Of a stretch of DNA of 64,000 nucleotides, positions 56,045-64,000 are shown piece after piece. The notes under the pieces were generated by a model. The model did not search any database. It saw only the letters and a program-made list of their open reading frames with translations, and was not told where the DNA came from. A program made the translations under genes and the position numbers. Source of the stretch: an uncultured cyanobacterium (GTDB lineage Bacteria; Cyanobacteriota; Cyanobacteriia; Cyanobacteriales; Cyanobacteriaceae); NCBI GenBank assembly GCA_963749915.1, contig CAVVOP010000020.1:219481-283480 (forward strand), in the 5' to 3' direction. Each line of letters opens with the position of its first letter. Within the stretch, counting starts at the first letter, position 1.

Positions 56045-56299
56045 TTAGAGTCCTTCAGAGTCTAAGATTTCTTCCATTTGGGTTTGAGCAAATTCTCCCC
56101 AGTCTTGGTCAAATTGCCGCTCAGTTGGTTTTTGGGTTTGGTAGAAGGCGCGTAACTGGTTTTCTATCTGCTGTCGGTGCCATAGTCGCAATCCTTCTTC
56201 GACAGCAGCAGAACGATTCCCTGTCAGTTGGTCAATATCTCGAAGCAATTTAGAATCGACGGTAATAGAGATTCTTTGTTTGGTGCTTGATTGGGTCAT
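56045..56299 (-). CDS. Ribbon-helix-helix antitoxin cognate to the MazF-like toxin
   Basis: KQRISITVD..LL..ID...NRSAAVEEGLR; acidic tail; 1-bp gap before the toxin. Confidence 0.8.
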   Translation of the reverse strand: MTQSSTKQRISITVDSKLLRDIDQLTGNRSAAVEEGLRLWHRQQIENQLRAFYQTQKPTERQFDQDWGEFAQTQMEEILDSEGL

Positions 56300-56462
56300 G
56301 AGTCAAGAAGTGAGGTAATATTATTTGTATGATGATTTATCGTATCACAATCATGTCACCTTGTCGCTCATGGTTCCCCTGGTTGCAGGGCAAACGCACG
56401 CAAAACTTAACATTAAAAAAAAACAGAAATACTGATCTTTTTATTTTTCTTCACTATCTTAA

Positions 56463-56694
56463 ATGTCAAAACTTGATGCCCTCCCCCAACAAATGCTCCG
56501 TCCCTTTGCCCATGAGAAACTGACTAAACAGATACAATGGTGCACTCAAAAAGCCCAGACAGTTAAAGAAATTGCAGCGTGGGAAGAGAAACGAAATGAA
56601 AAGTCAAATTCAGTTGACTGGAGATTTACTACTGCTGATGCTCGTATTAAACTCAAGAAACTCTATCCCTCAATTCAAAGTTGACGGACTACTA
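56463..56694 (+). pseudogene. IS630 transposase 3' fragment with right terminal inverted repeat
   Basis: WEEKRN...VDWRFTTADARIKLKKLYP, then TTGACGGACTAC|TA. Confidence 0.85.
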
Positions 56695-56729
56695 GAGGAC
56701 TAGAAAGAAACTTAATTGCTCATTGTCAA

Positions 56730-57206
56730 TTACCGAGGAACCTGACCTGAAGCCGCTTGAGATATTAAGGGCATTTCTGGATATTTTCCCAGGGCTGATT
56801 GTACCATACCATAAACACTAGCGGCAAGAGTACCGATAAAAATGGTATTGTAAATGGTTTCAGTGATTAATGATCCCGCCATAGAGCCCAATAAAACATT
56901 GGAAATTAGACTAATTAAAATCAATAATATTTCCATGAGAATCGATTGCATCGTATTGAAACGGATAAAATGACTGATGTTCTGATTTCTGACTACGGTA
57001 CTGAATAAAATAAAAAAGAGAATTAAACCACCAAAAGGAATTTGATTAATAATTGCTAAGGGGATTAAAGGAATTTCAATAAGGCTTAAAATGGGGAACT
57101 GTCGAAACAAAAAAACACCGAAATTTAGAGCAGTATAGAGGGGGAAAAAATAAACAAGGGTAGCAAATAATTTATCTTTCCAATCAGTTGTATTACGCCA
57201 ATTCAT
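56730..57206 (-). CDS. Tic20/Ycf60 family membrane protein
   Basis: VVRNQNISHFIRFNTMQSIL, GKYPEMPLIS. Confidence 0.85.
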   Translation of the reverse strand: MNWRNTTDWKDKLFATLVYFFPLYTALNFGVFLFRQFPILSLIEIPLIPLAIINQIPFGGLILFFILFSTVVRNQNISHFIRFNTMQSILMEILLILISLISNVLLGSMAGSLITETIYNTIFIGTLAASVYGMVQSALGKYPEMPLISQAASGQVPR

Positions 57207-57327
57207 ATAATTAAATTTATCTAGTAATGAAACTTTACTTATTCGATATTAGCAAGACATAACCCCATCTGACATTCGTATAATTTTGTTTGATTGAATT
57301 CACTGTTACTTAAACAGTGATCACAAC
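57207..57327. repeat. 121-bp direct repeat, copy A (displaced 3' end of the 65-aa gene)
   Basis: Aligns to 58334-58454 with about 10 mismatches; first ~52 bp identical. Confidence 0.92.
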
Positions 57328-57420
57328 ATCTCTGAAGTCTGTCCAGAACCTTTAAAATTCTGCCTCATCAGCTCCGCAAATCAAAAGACTCTTAAATAAT
57401 TTGTTAACTCAACAATCCAT

Positions 57421-57504
57421 TTATCTCTCACTAATATCCCCTTGGATACCCTTGAAATCACCACCAATTTCCGAATAATAACTTGAAGTGCGATCGCTCC
57501 TCAT
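57421..57504 (-). pseudogene. 27-codon ORF, possible remnant N-terminus of an amyloid-motif sensor (NLR-type) gene
   Basis: MRSDRTSSYYSEIGGDFKGIQGDISER*; the motif matches the C-terminus of the 58019-58322 pseudogene. Confidence 0.45.
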
Positions 57505-57535
57505 TTTAAAAAATTTTTCCCACACTCAATCTTAT

Positions 57536-57997
57536 TTAAGAAGGTAGCCAATTTTTATCCAATAATTGTTCTAGGGAATAAGGGCAACTTGCAGGAAAAA
57601 TTTGAGAGAAAAGACCTGTCTTTTGAGTGAAAATAAAAACAGCTTCTTGATAAATTTCTTCTTGATTCTCTAAAAGATGTTTTTTAAGATTTGCGGTCAA
57701 TGCCCGATTTAGTTGAATTCTAAAAGTCGCTATCTCTCCTTGCCAGTGTCTATAATTATATTCATATTCTTCTGTCCAATACTGAAGTAATAAAAGATGA
57801 ATAATGATCTGCCTTAAAAAACTCTCAACTCGATTTTTATCTCGTTTACTCAAATCCTCCAACTCCTCAATCAAATTTTCCAGATCCAACTCTGCTAGAC
57901 GATTTTCCTTGAGCAGCTTAATCGTTTCAGTTAACCAGAGATGCCCATCTTTTTCATAGAGAGACTTTAATTGACTTTGAAGAGGATATGTTTTCAT
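57536..57997 (-). CDS. DUF29 family protein
   Basis: LYEKD..LW, LDLENLIEELEDL, IIHLLLLQYW, FPASCPYSLEQLLD. Confidence 0.9.
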   Translation of the reverse strand: MKTYPLQSQLKSLYEKDGHLWLTETIKLLKENRLAELDLENLIEELEDLSKRDKNRVESFLRQIIIHLLLLQYWTEEYEYNYRHWQGEIATFRIQLNRALTANLKKHLLENQEEIYQEAVFIFTQKTGLFSQIFPASCPYSLEQLLDKNWLPS

Positions 57998-58018
57998 GGT
58001 TTTTATACCTTTCTCATG

Positions 58019-58322
58019 CTATTTAATATCTTGATTAATTGTTCCACCACTAATATCTCTAACAATCTCTTTAATATCCCCTGCAACATTAATATTATAC
58101 TTTCCTGCGATCGCTCCTTGAGGATCTTCTTTTTTTATTATTTCTTCTGCTACTTTGAGAATTTCTGGATCTTTATCAACTTCTACATCAATTAACTCTT
58201 CTTCAACAAGTGCTTTAACCCATCGTAAGCATCCTTAACGCCTTTTTCCGCTGTATCCTTAGCAGCAAGCAGCAATCGGCACCAGCACCTAACGCAGCGA
58301 GAATAACAGAAATTGGTTCCAT
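58019..58322 (-). pseudogene. Frameshifted Bell-domain-like effector with C-terminal amyloid/RHIM-like motif
   Basis: GGAG RBS; reconstructed across frameshifts: MEPISVILAALGAGA..AAKDTAEKGVKDAYDGLK..EELIDVEVDKDPEILKVAEEIIKKEDPQGAIAGKYNINVAGDIKEIVRDISGGTINQDIK. Confidence 0.65.
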
Positions 58323-58333
58323 AGCTCACTCCA

Positions 58334-58454
58334 ATAATTAAATTTATCTAGTAATGAAACTTTACTTATTCGATATTAGCAAGACGAAACCCCATCTGAC
58401 ATTCATATAATTTTGCTTGATTTGATTCACTGTTACCTAAGCAATGACCACAAC
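58334..58454. repeat. 121-bp direct repeat, copy B
   Basis: Aligns to 57207-57327, offset 1127 bp. Confidence 0.92.
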
Positions 58455-58563
58455 CCAGTTTTCCTTGATGCCAACGAGGATTACCATTTTGATTTGCCCA
58501 TAGACAATTTTGACAAATGATTTGGGTCGATAATATTTGTTCTTTTTGGAGAATTACTAGCAT
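58366..58563 (-). CDS. Small Cys-rich conserved cyanobacterial protein
   Basis: GGAGG RBS; CQNCLWA...PRW..GKLGCGH...YECQMGF. Confidence 0.8.
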   Translation of the reverse strand: MLVILQKEQILSTQIICQNCLWANQNGNPRWHQGKLGCGHCLGNSESNQAKLYECQMGFRLANIE

Positions 58564-58863
58564 GATCTCCTCCCCTAATACCTGATGATGTTTTTTGTCT
58601 CGATATATATTTTAAGGTTTATTGAGGGTTTAATGGTTACTTTCGGTACAATTCTTAAAAAACAACTTATGATGCACTGTAATTTTCACTTTTGCTACAA
58701 AATAGAAAGGCAATAATTTATAACTATGTAATTGTTGTAATCATTGACAATCCTTCACATCACCTCCATCGCTCGTAATTATGGCAATCTGAAACGAAAT
58801 AGGTTGTGTTAACAAACGCTATCGAAAATTGAAAAGGGGATGAGGAATAGGCAATAGGTCATA

Positions 58864-58889
58864 GTCGTGATATCTGCGACATTTTTTTT
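58864..58889 (+). terminator. Weak plus-strand terminator-like hairpin with no upstream plus-strand CDS
   Basis: GTCGTG-ATATC-TGCGAC (two G-U pairs) followed by A-T8. Confidence 0.4.
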
Positions 58890-58958
58890 GTAACTAATTG
58901 ATTTATTACGAATCATTTAGGATTGTTATGCTTGTCTCCATCTCCGAACTCACCTTAA

Positions 58959-61790
58959 TTATTTCGCTTCCATCCAATTATTGCCCGTGTGAATATCCAC
59001 GATTAAGGGAATTTTTAGGGTGATAATATTTTCCATTGTTTGTTTAATTTTAGTGGTTAATTCGGCAATTTCTGATGGAGGCAATTCAAAGACTAATTCA
59101 TCGTGAACCTGTAACAATAATTTGGCCTGATAATTAGTTAGGATTTGATCTAGTTCTATCATCGCTAATTTAATAATATCCGCACTTGAGCCTTGAATTG
59201 GGGCATTAGCCGCCGCTCTTAATAGTTGTGCTGTGTAATTATTAAGTTTTAAACTAGATAAATCTATAGTATTAATATCTTTTCCTTTGAGATTATCTAA
59301 TGCTCGATCATTAAAGTTAAAATAGCGTCTTCTGCCTAAAATTGTCGTGACATAACCATTAGCTAAGGCTTCTTTTTTCATGGTTTCTAAATAGTTAAAA
59401 ACCTGAGCATATTTTTCTCTATAAATACTAATAAATTTTTGAGCTTCGACAACACTAACATTCGCTTCTTTAGCGAATTTTTGTGCCCCCATACCATAAA
59501 TAACGCCAAAATTAATAGTTTTTCCTAAATTTCTTTCTTCCTTAGTTATATTATCTTTTTCTAATAATAATTGAGCTGTGACGGTATGAATATCTAAATT
59601 GTTTTGATAGGCAGAGATTAAAATGGGTTCATTACTCAAGTGGGCCAAAATTCTTAATTCTATTTGTGAATAATCTGCACTTAAAAATTGCCAGTTTTTT
59701 TGAGGAATAAAACCCTTTCTAATTTGTCGAGAAAATGCTGTACGAATAGGAATATTTTGCAAATTAGGATTCGAGGAAGAAAGTCGCCCTGTTGCCGTGA
59801 CAGTTTGATTATAATTAGTATGAACTCTGTTAGTTTTAGGGTTAATTAATGTGGGGAAAGAATCGACATAGGTTGATTTTAATTTGGCAAGAATTCGATG
59901 CTGTAAAATATAGTCAATGATGGGGTGATCGCCTTTTAACTTTTCTAAGATCGCTTGATTAGTAGAATAGCCTGTTTTTGTTTTCTTTGATTTGCGTTTA
60001 TCTAATCCTAATTTTTCAAATAATAACTCACTTAATTGTTTTGGTGATGCTAGATTAAATGAACCTACTTCTTGATAAGTTTTTTCCTCAATTTTAACTA
60101 ATTCTTGGTTAATTTCTTGAGATAATTCTTGTAAATACTCTTGGTCAATTGTTACTCCTTCTTGTTCCATTTTTGCCAAGATTGGCTCTAATTTTAGTTC
60201 TAATTCAAACACAGATTTTAAATCAGGAAGTTCAGCTAATTCTTCGGTTAAAATCTTGGTTAATTTGAAAGTAGCCAAAGCATCTAAAGCACAATATGCA
60301 CCTGCTTGTTCAATGCTTAAATCACTCATAGTTTCATTTTTACCTAAGTTTAAACTATCATAATCTTGAGCAATTATATCTAAGGAATATTGTTGACATA
60401 AACTGCTTAATTTATGGCTTTGTTCGGGTTGTAAAACATAACTAGCTAACATCGTATCAAAGATTACCCCTTGAAGATTAATGCCATGATTAAGTAGAAT
60501 CAGGCGATCGAATTTAGCATTTTGTAAAGTTTTTGGATATTGACAATCTTCTAAAAAAGGCTGTATTTTTTCTTTAATTTCTTCTAAAGTTAACTGTTTT
60601 CCCTGAGAATGTTTAATGGGAATATAAGCCACATGATCAGCAGAATTCCCCCAACAACAGCCAATGCCGATTAAATTTGCTTGTTGAGTATTTAAGCCAT
60701 CGGTTTCCGTATCCCATGCCGTTAATTTTGCTTGTTGAATAGTGGTAATTAATTCTTCTAATTTACTAAGAGTGTCGACAATAATAGTATTGGTTTGATG
60801 ATTAACTTCTGGGGTAGAAAAACGAGAAAATAAAGATAATTGTTTTTCTTCTTTATCTTCTATCATGGTTAGTAAATTACCACCTAATTTTTCTTGAATA
60901 CTATTAATTTGTTTGACAAAACTATTTAATTCCAGTTTTTTTAATAGGGGAATAATTGCCTGATTATCAAAACCGGTTAATTTAAAATCTTCTAAGGCTA
61001 AGTTTAAATCAATATCTGTAACTATTTGTGCTAAATATCGAGAATGTAATGCTTCTTTTTGTCCCTTAATTAACTTAGTTTTAACTGCCCCTTTAATATT
61101 TTCTAGGTTATCGTAAACATTGCCCAAATTATTATATTCAGCTAATAAATTACTGGCGATTTTTTCGCCGATACCCAACACCCCCGGAATGCTATCAGAT
61201 TTATCTCCACATAAGGCTTTATAATCGACAATTTGACAAGGTTTTACTTTCATTTTCGCAAATACCGCCGCCTCGTCATAAATCTCATATTTACCCAAAC
61301 TTCTTTCTAAATATAAAACGCTGACCTGTTTATCATCATTTACAAGTTGAAATAAATCTCGATCGCCACTTAAAATTTTAACTTGACAACCTTCTTTCAT
61401 TCCTTGAGTTGCCAATGTACCGATAACGTCATCAGCTTCATATCCTGCCGCCGTGACAATTTTTACGTTTAAACTGGTGAGCAAATGCTGTAAATTAGTA
61501 ATATCTTCAGTAAAATCCTCAGGGGTTTGTTGTCGATCGGCTTTATAATTAACATCGGCAGTGTGACGAAAAGTCGCTTGTCTCAAGTCAAAAGCGACGG
61601 CAATAAGTTGGGGTTGAAAATCACTGATAATCTGCAATAAAGAGTTGAGAAAACCAAAACAAACGCTAGTGGGAATACCTGTGGAAGTGTACAGAGGCCC
61701 TTTTTTGGCTTTAGCTAAGGCATAATAGGCACGATAAGCTAAAGAATGTCCATCAACAATTAAAAACAAGGGGTTGTCAGAATTAGTCAT
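58959..61790 (-). CDS. polA: DNA polymerase I
   Basis: DGHSLAYRAY, YEADDVIGT, TGRLSSSNPNLQNIP, ADYSQIELR, QVHDEL. Confidence 0.97.
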   Translation of the reverse strand: MTNSDNPLFLIVDGHSLAYRAYYALAKAKKGPLYTSTGIPTSVCFGFLNSLLQIISDFQPQLIAVAFDLRQATFRHTADVNYKADRQQTPEDFTEDITNLQHLLTSLNVKIVTAAGYEADDVIGTLATQGMKEGCQVKILSGDRDLFQLVNDDKQVSVLYLERSLGKYEIYDEAAVFAKMKVKPCQIVDYKALCGDKSDSIPGVLGIGEKIASNLLAEYNNLGNVYDNLENIKGAVKTKLIKGQKEALHSRYLAQIVTDIDLNLALEDFKLTGFDNQAIIPLLKKLELNSFVKQINSIQEKLGGNLLTMIEDKEEKQLSLFSRFSTPEVNHQTNTIIVDTLSKLEELITTIQQAKLTAWDTETDGLNTQQANLIGIGCCWGNSADHVAYIPIKHSQGKQLTLEEIKEKIQPFLEDCQYPKTLQNAKFDRLILLNHGINLQGVIFDTMLASYVLQPEQSHKLSSLCQQYSLDIIAQDYDSLNLGKNETMSDLSIEQAGAYCALDALATFKLTKILTEELAELPDLKSVFELELKLEPILAKMEQEGVTIDQEYLQELSQEINQELVKIEEKTYQEVGSFNLASPKQLSELLFEKLGLDKRKSKKTKTGYSTNQAILEKLKGDHPIIDYILQHRILAKLKSTYVDSFPTLINPKTNRVHTNYNQTVTATGRLSSSNPNLQNIPIRTAFSRQIRKGFIPQKNWQFLSADYSQIELRILAHLSNEPILISAYQNNLDIHTVTAQLLLEKDNITKEERNLGKTINFGVIYGMGAQKFAKEANVSVVEAQKFISIYREKYAQVFNYLETMKKEALANGYVTTILGRRRYFNFNDRALDNLKGKDINTIDLSSLKLNNYTAQLLRAAANAPIQGSSADIIKLAMIELDQILTNYQAKLLLQVHDELVFELPPSEIAELTTKIKQTMENIITLKIPLIVDIHTGNNWMEAK

Positions 61791-62880
61791 TTACTATCAA
61801 GCCAGTAGTGGGGTCGAAAATATATAGTTTATCCAAGTCTAATTCTATCTTGATGTGATCTCCTCTTTTTCCTGTCCATTGAATGGGTAACTGTAAATTA
61901 ATGCTTATGTCAGAATCCACAATGCCAGCGATGACTAGGATTTCTTTGCCTAAAGGTTCGATAACTTCTACTTCGACTAAAATGGTATTGTCAGACTTTT
62001 CCTGATTGTTATTGATTACGGTGATAAATTCGGGGCGAATGCCCAAATCCCAACCTTGTCCATTATTTAAAGGGGTTTTTTGCGTAAATGAAGCGTTTAA
62101 TGATAGAGATTGTTGCTCATTGATCCAAAATGCACCATCATCATAAGTTACGGGAATGATATTCATGGCTGGTGTGCCCAAAAATGTGGCCACCATCTTA
62201 TTAGCAGGATGATTATAGATTTCTGCCGGGGTGCCGATTTGTTGTATTTTCCCTTGATCCAAGACTACGATCCGATCGCCTAAAGTCATGGCTTCCACTT
62301 GGTCATGGGTAACATAAATAGTAGTAATACCAACTTTACTGTGCAGTTTTTTTAATTCCGTGCGTGTTTGATCCCGTAATTGGGCATCTAAATTGGATAA
62401 TGGTTCATCTAACAAAAATACTTTAGGTTGCCTGATAATCGCTCTACCTAATGCTACTCTTTGTTGTTGCCCCCCCGACAACTGTTTTGGTTTACGAGTT
62501 AATAAATGATCGATATCAAGAATTTGCGAGATAAACTCAACATTTTCTGTGATAACGGATTTTTTTTCCCCTCGCATTTTTAACCCAAAACTGAGGTTTT
62601 CCGCCACCGTCAGATGAGGATATAAAGCATAATTTTGAAAAACCATTGCTACATCCCGTTCTCTAGCAGGAATAGCATTCATTAAAACATCATCAAAAAG
62701 TAGATTTCCTTCGGTTACAGATTCAAGTCCAGCGATGGATCTTAGTATAGTGGATTTCCCACAACCAGAAGGCCCAACTAAAACCCAAAACTCTCCATCT
62801 GGTACCTGAAAAGTAATATCATGAACAACCTTAACCTTATTAAAAGAACGAGATATATTTTCGAGGGTTACTGTTGCCAT
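61783..62880 (-). CDS. Carbohydrate ABC transporter ATP-binding protein (MalK/UgpC type)
   Basis: GPSGCGKST, VFQNYALYPH, LSGGQQQR, DEPLSNLD, YVTHDQ. Confidence 0.92.
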   Translation of the reverse strand: MATVTLENISRSFNKVKVVHDITFQVPDGEFWVLVGPSGCGKSTILRSIAGLESVTEGNLLFDDVLMNAIPARERDVAMVFQNYALYPHLTVAENLSFGLKMRGEKKSVITENVEFISQILDIDHLLTRKPKQLSGGQQQRVALGRAIIRQPKVFLLDEPLSNLDAQLRDQTRTELKKLHSKVGITTIYVTHDQVEAMTLGDRIVVLDQGKIQQIGTPAEIYNHPANKMVATFLGTPAMNIIPVTYDDGAFWINEQQSLSLNASFTQKTPLNNGQGWDLGIRPEFITVINNNQEKSDNTILVEVEVIEPLGKEILVIAGIVDSDISINLQLPIQWTGKRGDHIKIELDLDKLYIFDPTTGLIVND

Positions 62881-62893
62881 ACAAATAAAAAAT

Positions 62894-63007
62894 AATTAAC
62901 AATTAACAATAAGCAATTAACAATTCAGGAAAAAGAAATTTATTCTGAATTCCCAACCCTTTGTTTTAAAGACAATATTATTAATTGTCAATTGTCAATT
63001 GTCAATT
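62894..63007 (-). repeat. Opposed heptamer arrays (AATTAAC)n and (AATTGTC)n downstream of psbV
   Basis: 62894-62925 and 62983-63007 are complementary on the minus-strand RNA, using G-U pairs. Confidence 0.65.
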
Positions 63008-63013
63008 AAAGTG

Positions 63014-63514
63014 TTACGGTTCAATGAGCGAACGTTTACCCCATCGAGGATCGGCGTTAGTCTGAATTAAGATATAACCAGCAACAGCCTTAATATCTTC
63101 ATCAGTGTAGTTACGAATTTCCGGCCAAAGATCTGGGCGTTCGGTGCTTAAATGATATAAGGAAAGATCTTCTTCTCCGTCATAGGAAGTAGGGTTTTTA
63201 ATATAATCCACTAAACCGAGTAAGTTATCTCTAGCGGGGATAGCATTAGCTAAAGATTCTTTACTTAAACTGACGTTAGGATTAGTTTTGGTTTTACCTT
63301 GAATGTGACATTGTGCACAATTATCAACAAAAAGTCTCGAACCAACTTGGGCTTCTTGATTAGATAGTGTAATTTTAGCACCTTCTTCATTTAAAGGCAC
63401 AGTACGAATATTTTCATTTAAACTAAGGGCACTCGCTGCACCAGTGAAAGACTGCCATGCAAAAACGACCCCTACAAGTAACATTAAAAAAATTTTTTTG
63501 AACATAATTAGCAA
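63014..63514 (-). CDS. psbV: Photosystem II cytochrome c550
   Basis: RTVPLN, CAQCH, TKTNPNVSL, PARDN, KNPTSYDG, distal His retained. Confidence 0.8.
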   Translation of the reverse strand: MLIMFKKIFLMLLVGVVFAWQSFTGAASALSLNENIRTVPLNEEGAKITLSNQEAQVGSRLFVDNCAQCHIQGKTKTNPNVSLSKESLANAIPARDNLLGLVDYIKNPTSYDGEEDLSLYHLSTERPDLWPEIRNYTDEDIKAVAGYILIQTNADPRWGKRSLIEP

Positions 63515-63552
63515 ACAAATATTGTCTCTGGAGTATTCTCTTTGAGTTTCAG

Positions 63553-63619
63553 ATTATACCCTAATTATTTTCTCTTAAAATTGGTTCATCTTAGAGGAAT
63601 TATTGTAACGTTTTGTTAA
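63553..63619 (-). promoter_or_regulatory. psbV promoter with upstream HLR1-like site
   Basis: Minus strand TTAACAAA-AC-GTTACAAT (63602-63619); TATAAT at 63553-63558. Confidence 0.55.
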
Positions 63620-64000
63620 TTTACCTCAGGTGTAAAGTAATCCAAGTTCTAGATATAGATTAATTAATAAGAAAGGGAGAAATTTTTCTTTAAATTATGG
63701 TTTTATTTCTTGAGAAAAGAGGCCGTTATATTTATTTATTCCTCTCAAAACTTTACAGCAATAATTATCTTAATAATATCAACCATTTTTGCTCTGTTAA
63801 CTTTTGAAAAAGTTAACAGAGCAATTTATCAATTATTCGTTGATTATTGTTCATCTGAACAGCTAAACATGCAAAGATTTGAGTAGTTTCACTATAATTG
63901 AATACTGTGAGCATTGAGGCTGTTTATGAAAATTTTTAACCATAAATTGATCAACCTATTATTAATTATAACTATATTTAATTTAGGAGGGTGTAATCAA

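Noticed and set aside
63014..63514. PsbV2 rather than PsbV
   Set aside because: The distal His and the PsbV-type C-terminal segment (RPDLWPEIRNYTDEDI) are retained; a phylogeny would settle it.

Overview
AT-rich chromosomal window from a unicellular cyanobacterium. Evidence is the HIP1 octamer GCGATCGC throughout, heptamer STRR repeats, and petE, psbV, cytM and sepF; Geminocystis/Cyanobacterium-like affinity is only an inference. Most of the window is housekeeping: urtBA, ureBA, fbp, hisB, hfq, dapF, purD, petE, SRP RNA, fabG, proC, sepF, trpB, tatC, icd, tamB, tRNA-Ala(GGC), a Fed2-type ferredoxin, rtcB, mgtE, cytM, polA and psbV. An accessory region at about 51.4-58.5 kb holds a higher-GC M20 amidohydrolase plus YbdK-type ligase pair, a tnpB remnant with an in-frame MITE, Uma2, a MazF-type toxin-antitoxin pair and an IS630 end. 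It also holds a 1.1-kb cassette bracketed by 121-bp direct repeats. That cassette contains a frameshifted Bell-like gene with a C-terminal amyloid-like motif, a DUF29 gene and a 27-codon ORF with a matching motif, which looks like the relic of an amyloid-signalling defence module. Other notable items: a 27 x 39-bp coding tandem array (with a 1-bp frameshift) inside tamB, two complementary degenerate histidine kinases, an unannotated 33-aa membrane microprotein, several MITEs and NtcA/RpaB/PetR-like operators. All calls come from reading the sequence and recalling protein families; no database searches were run.
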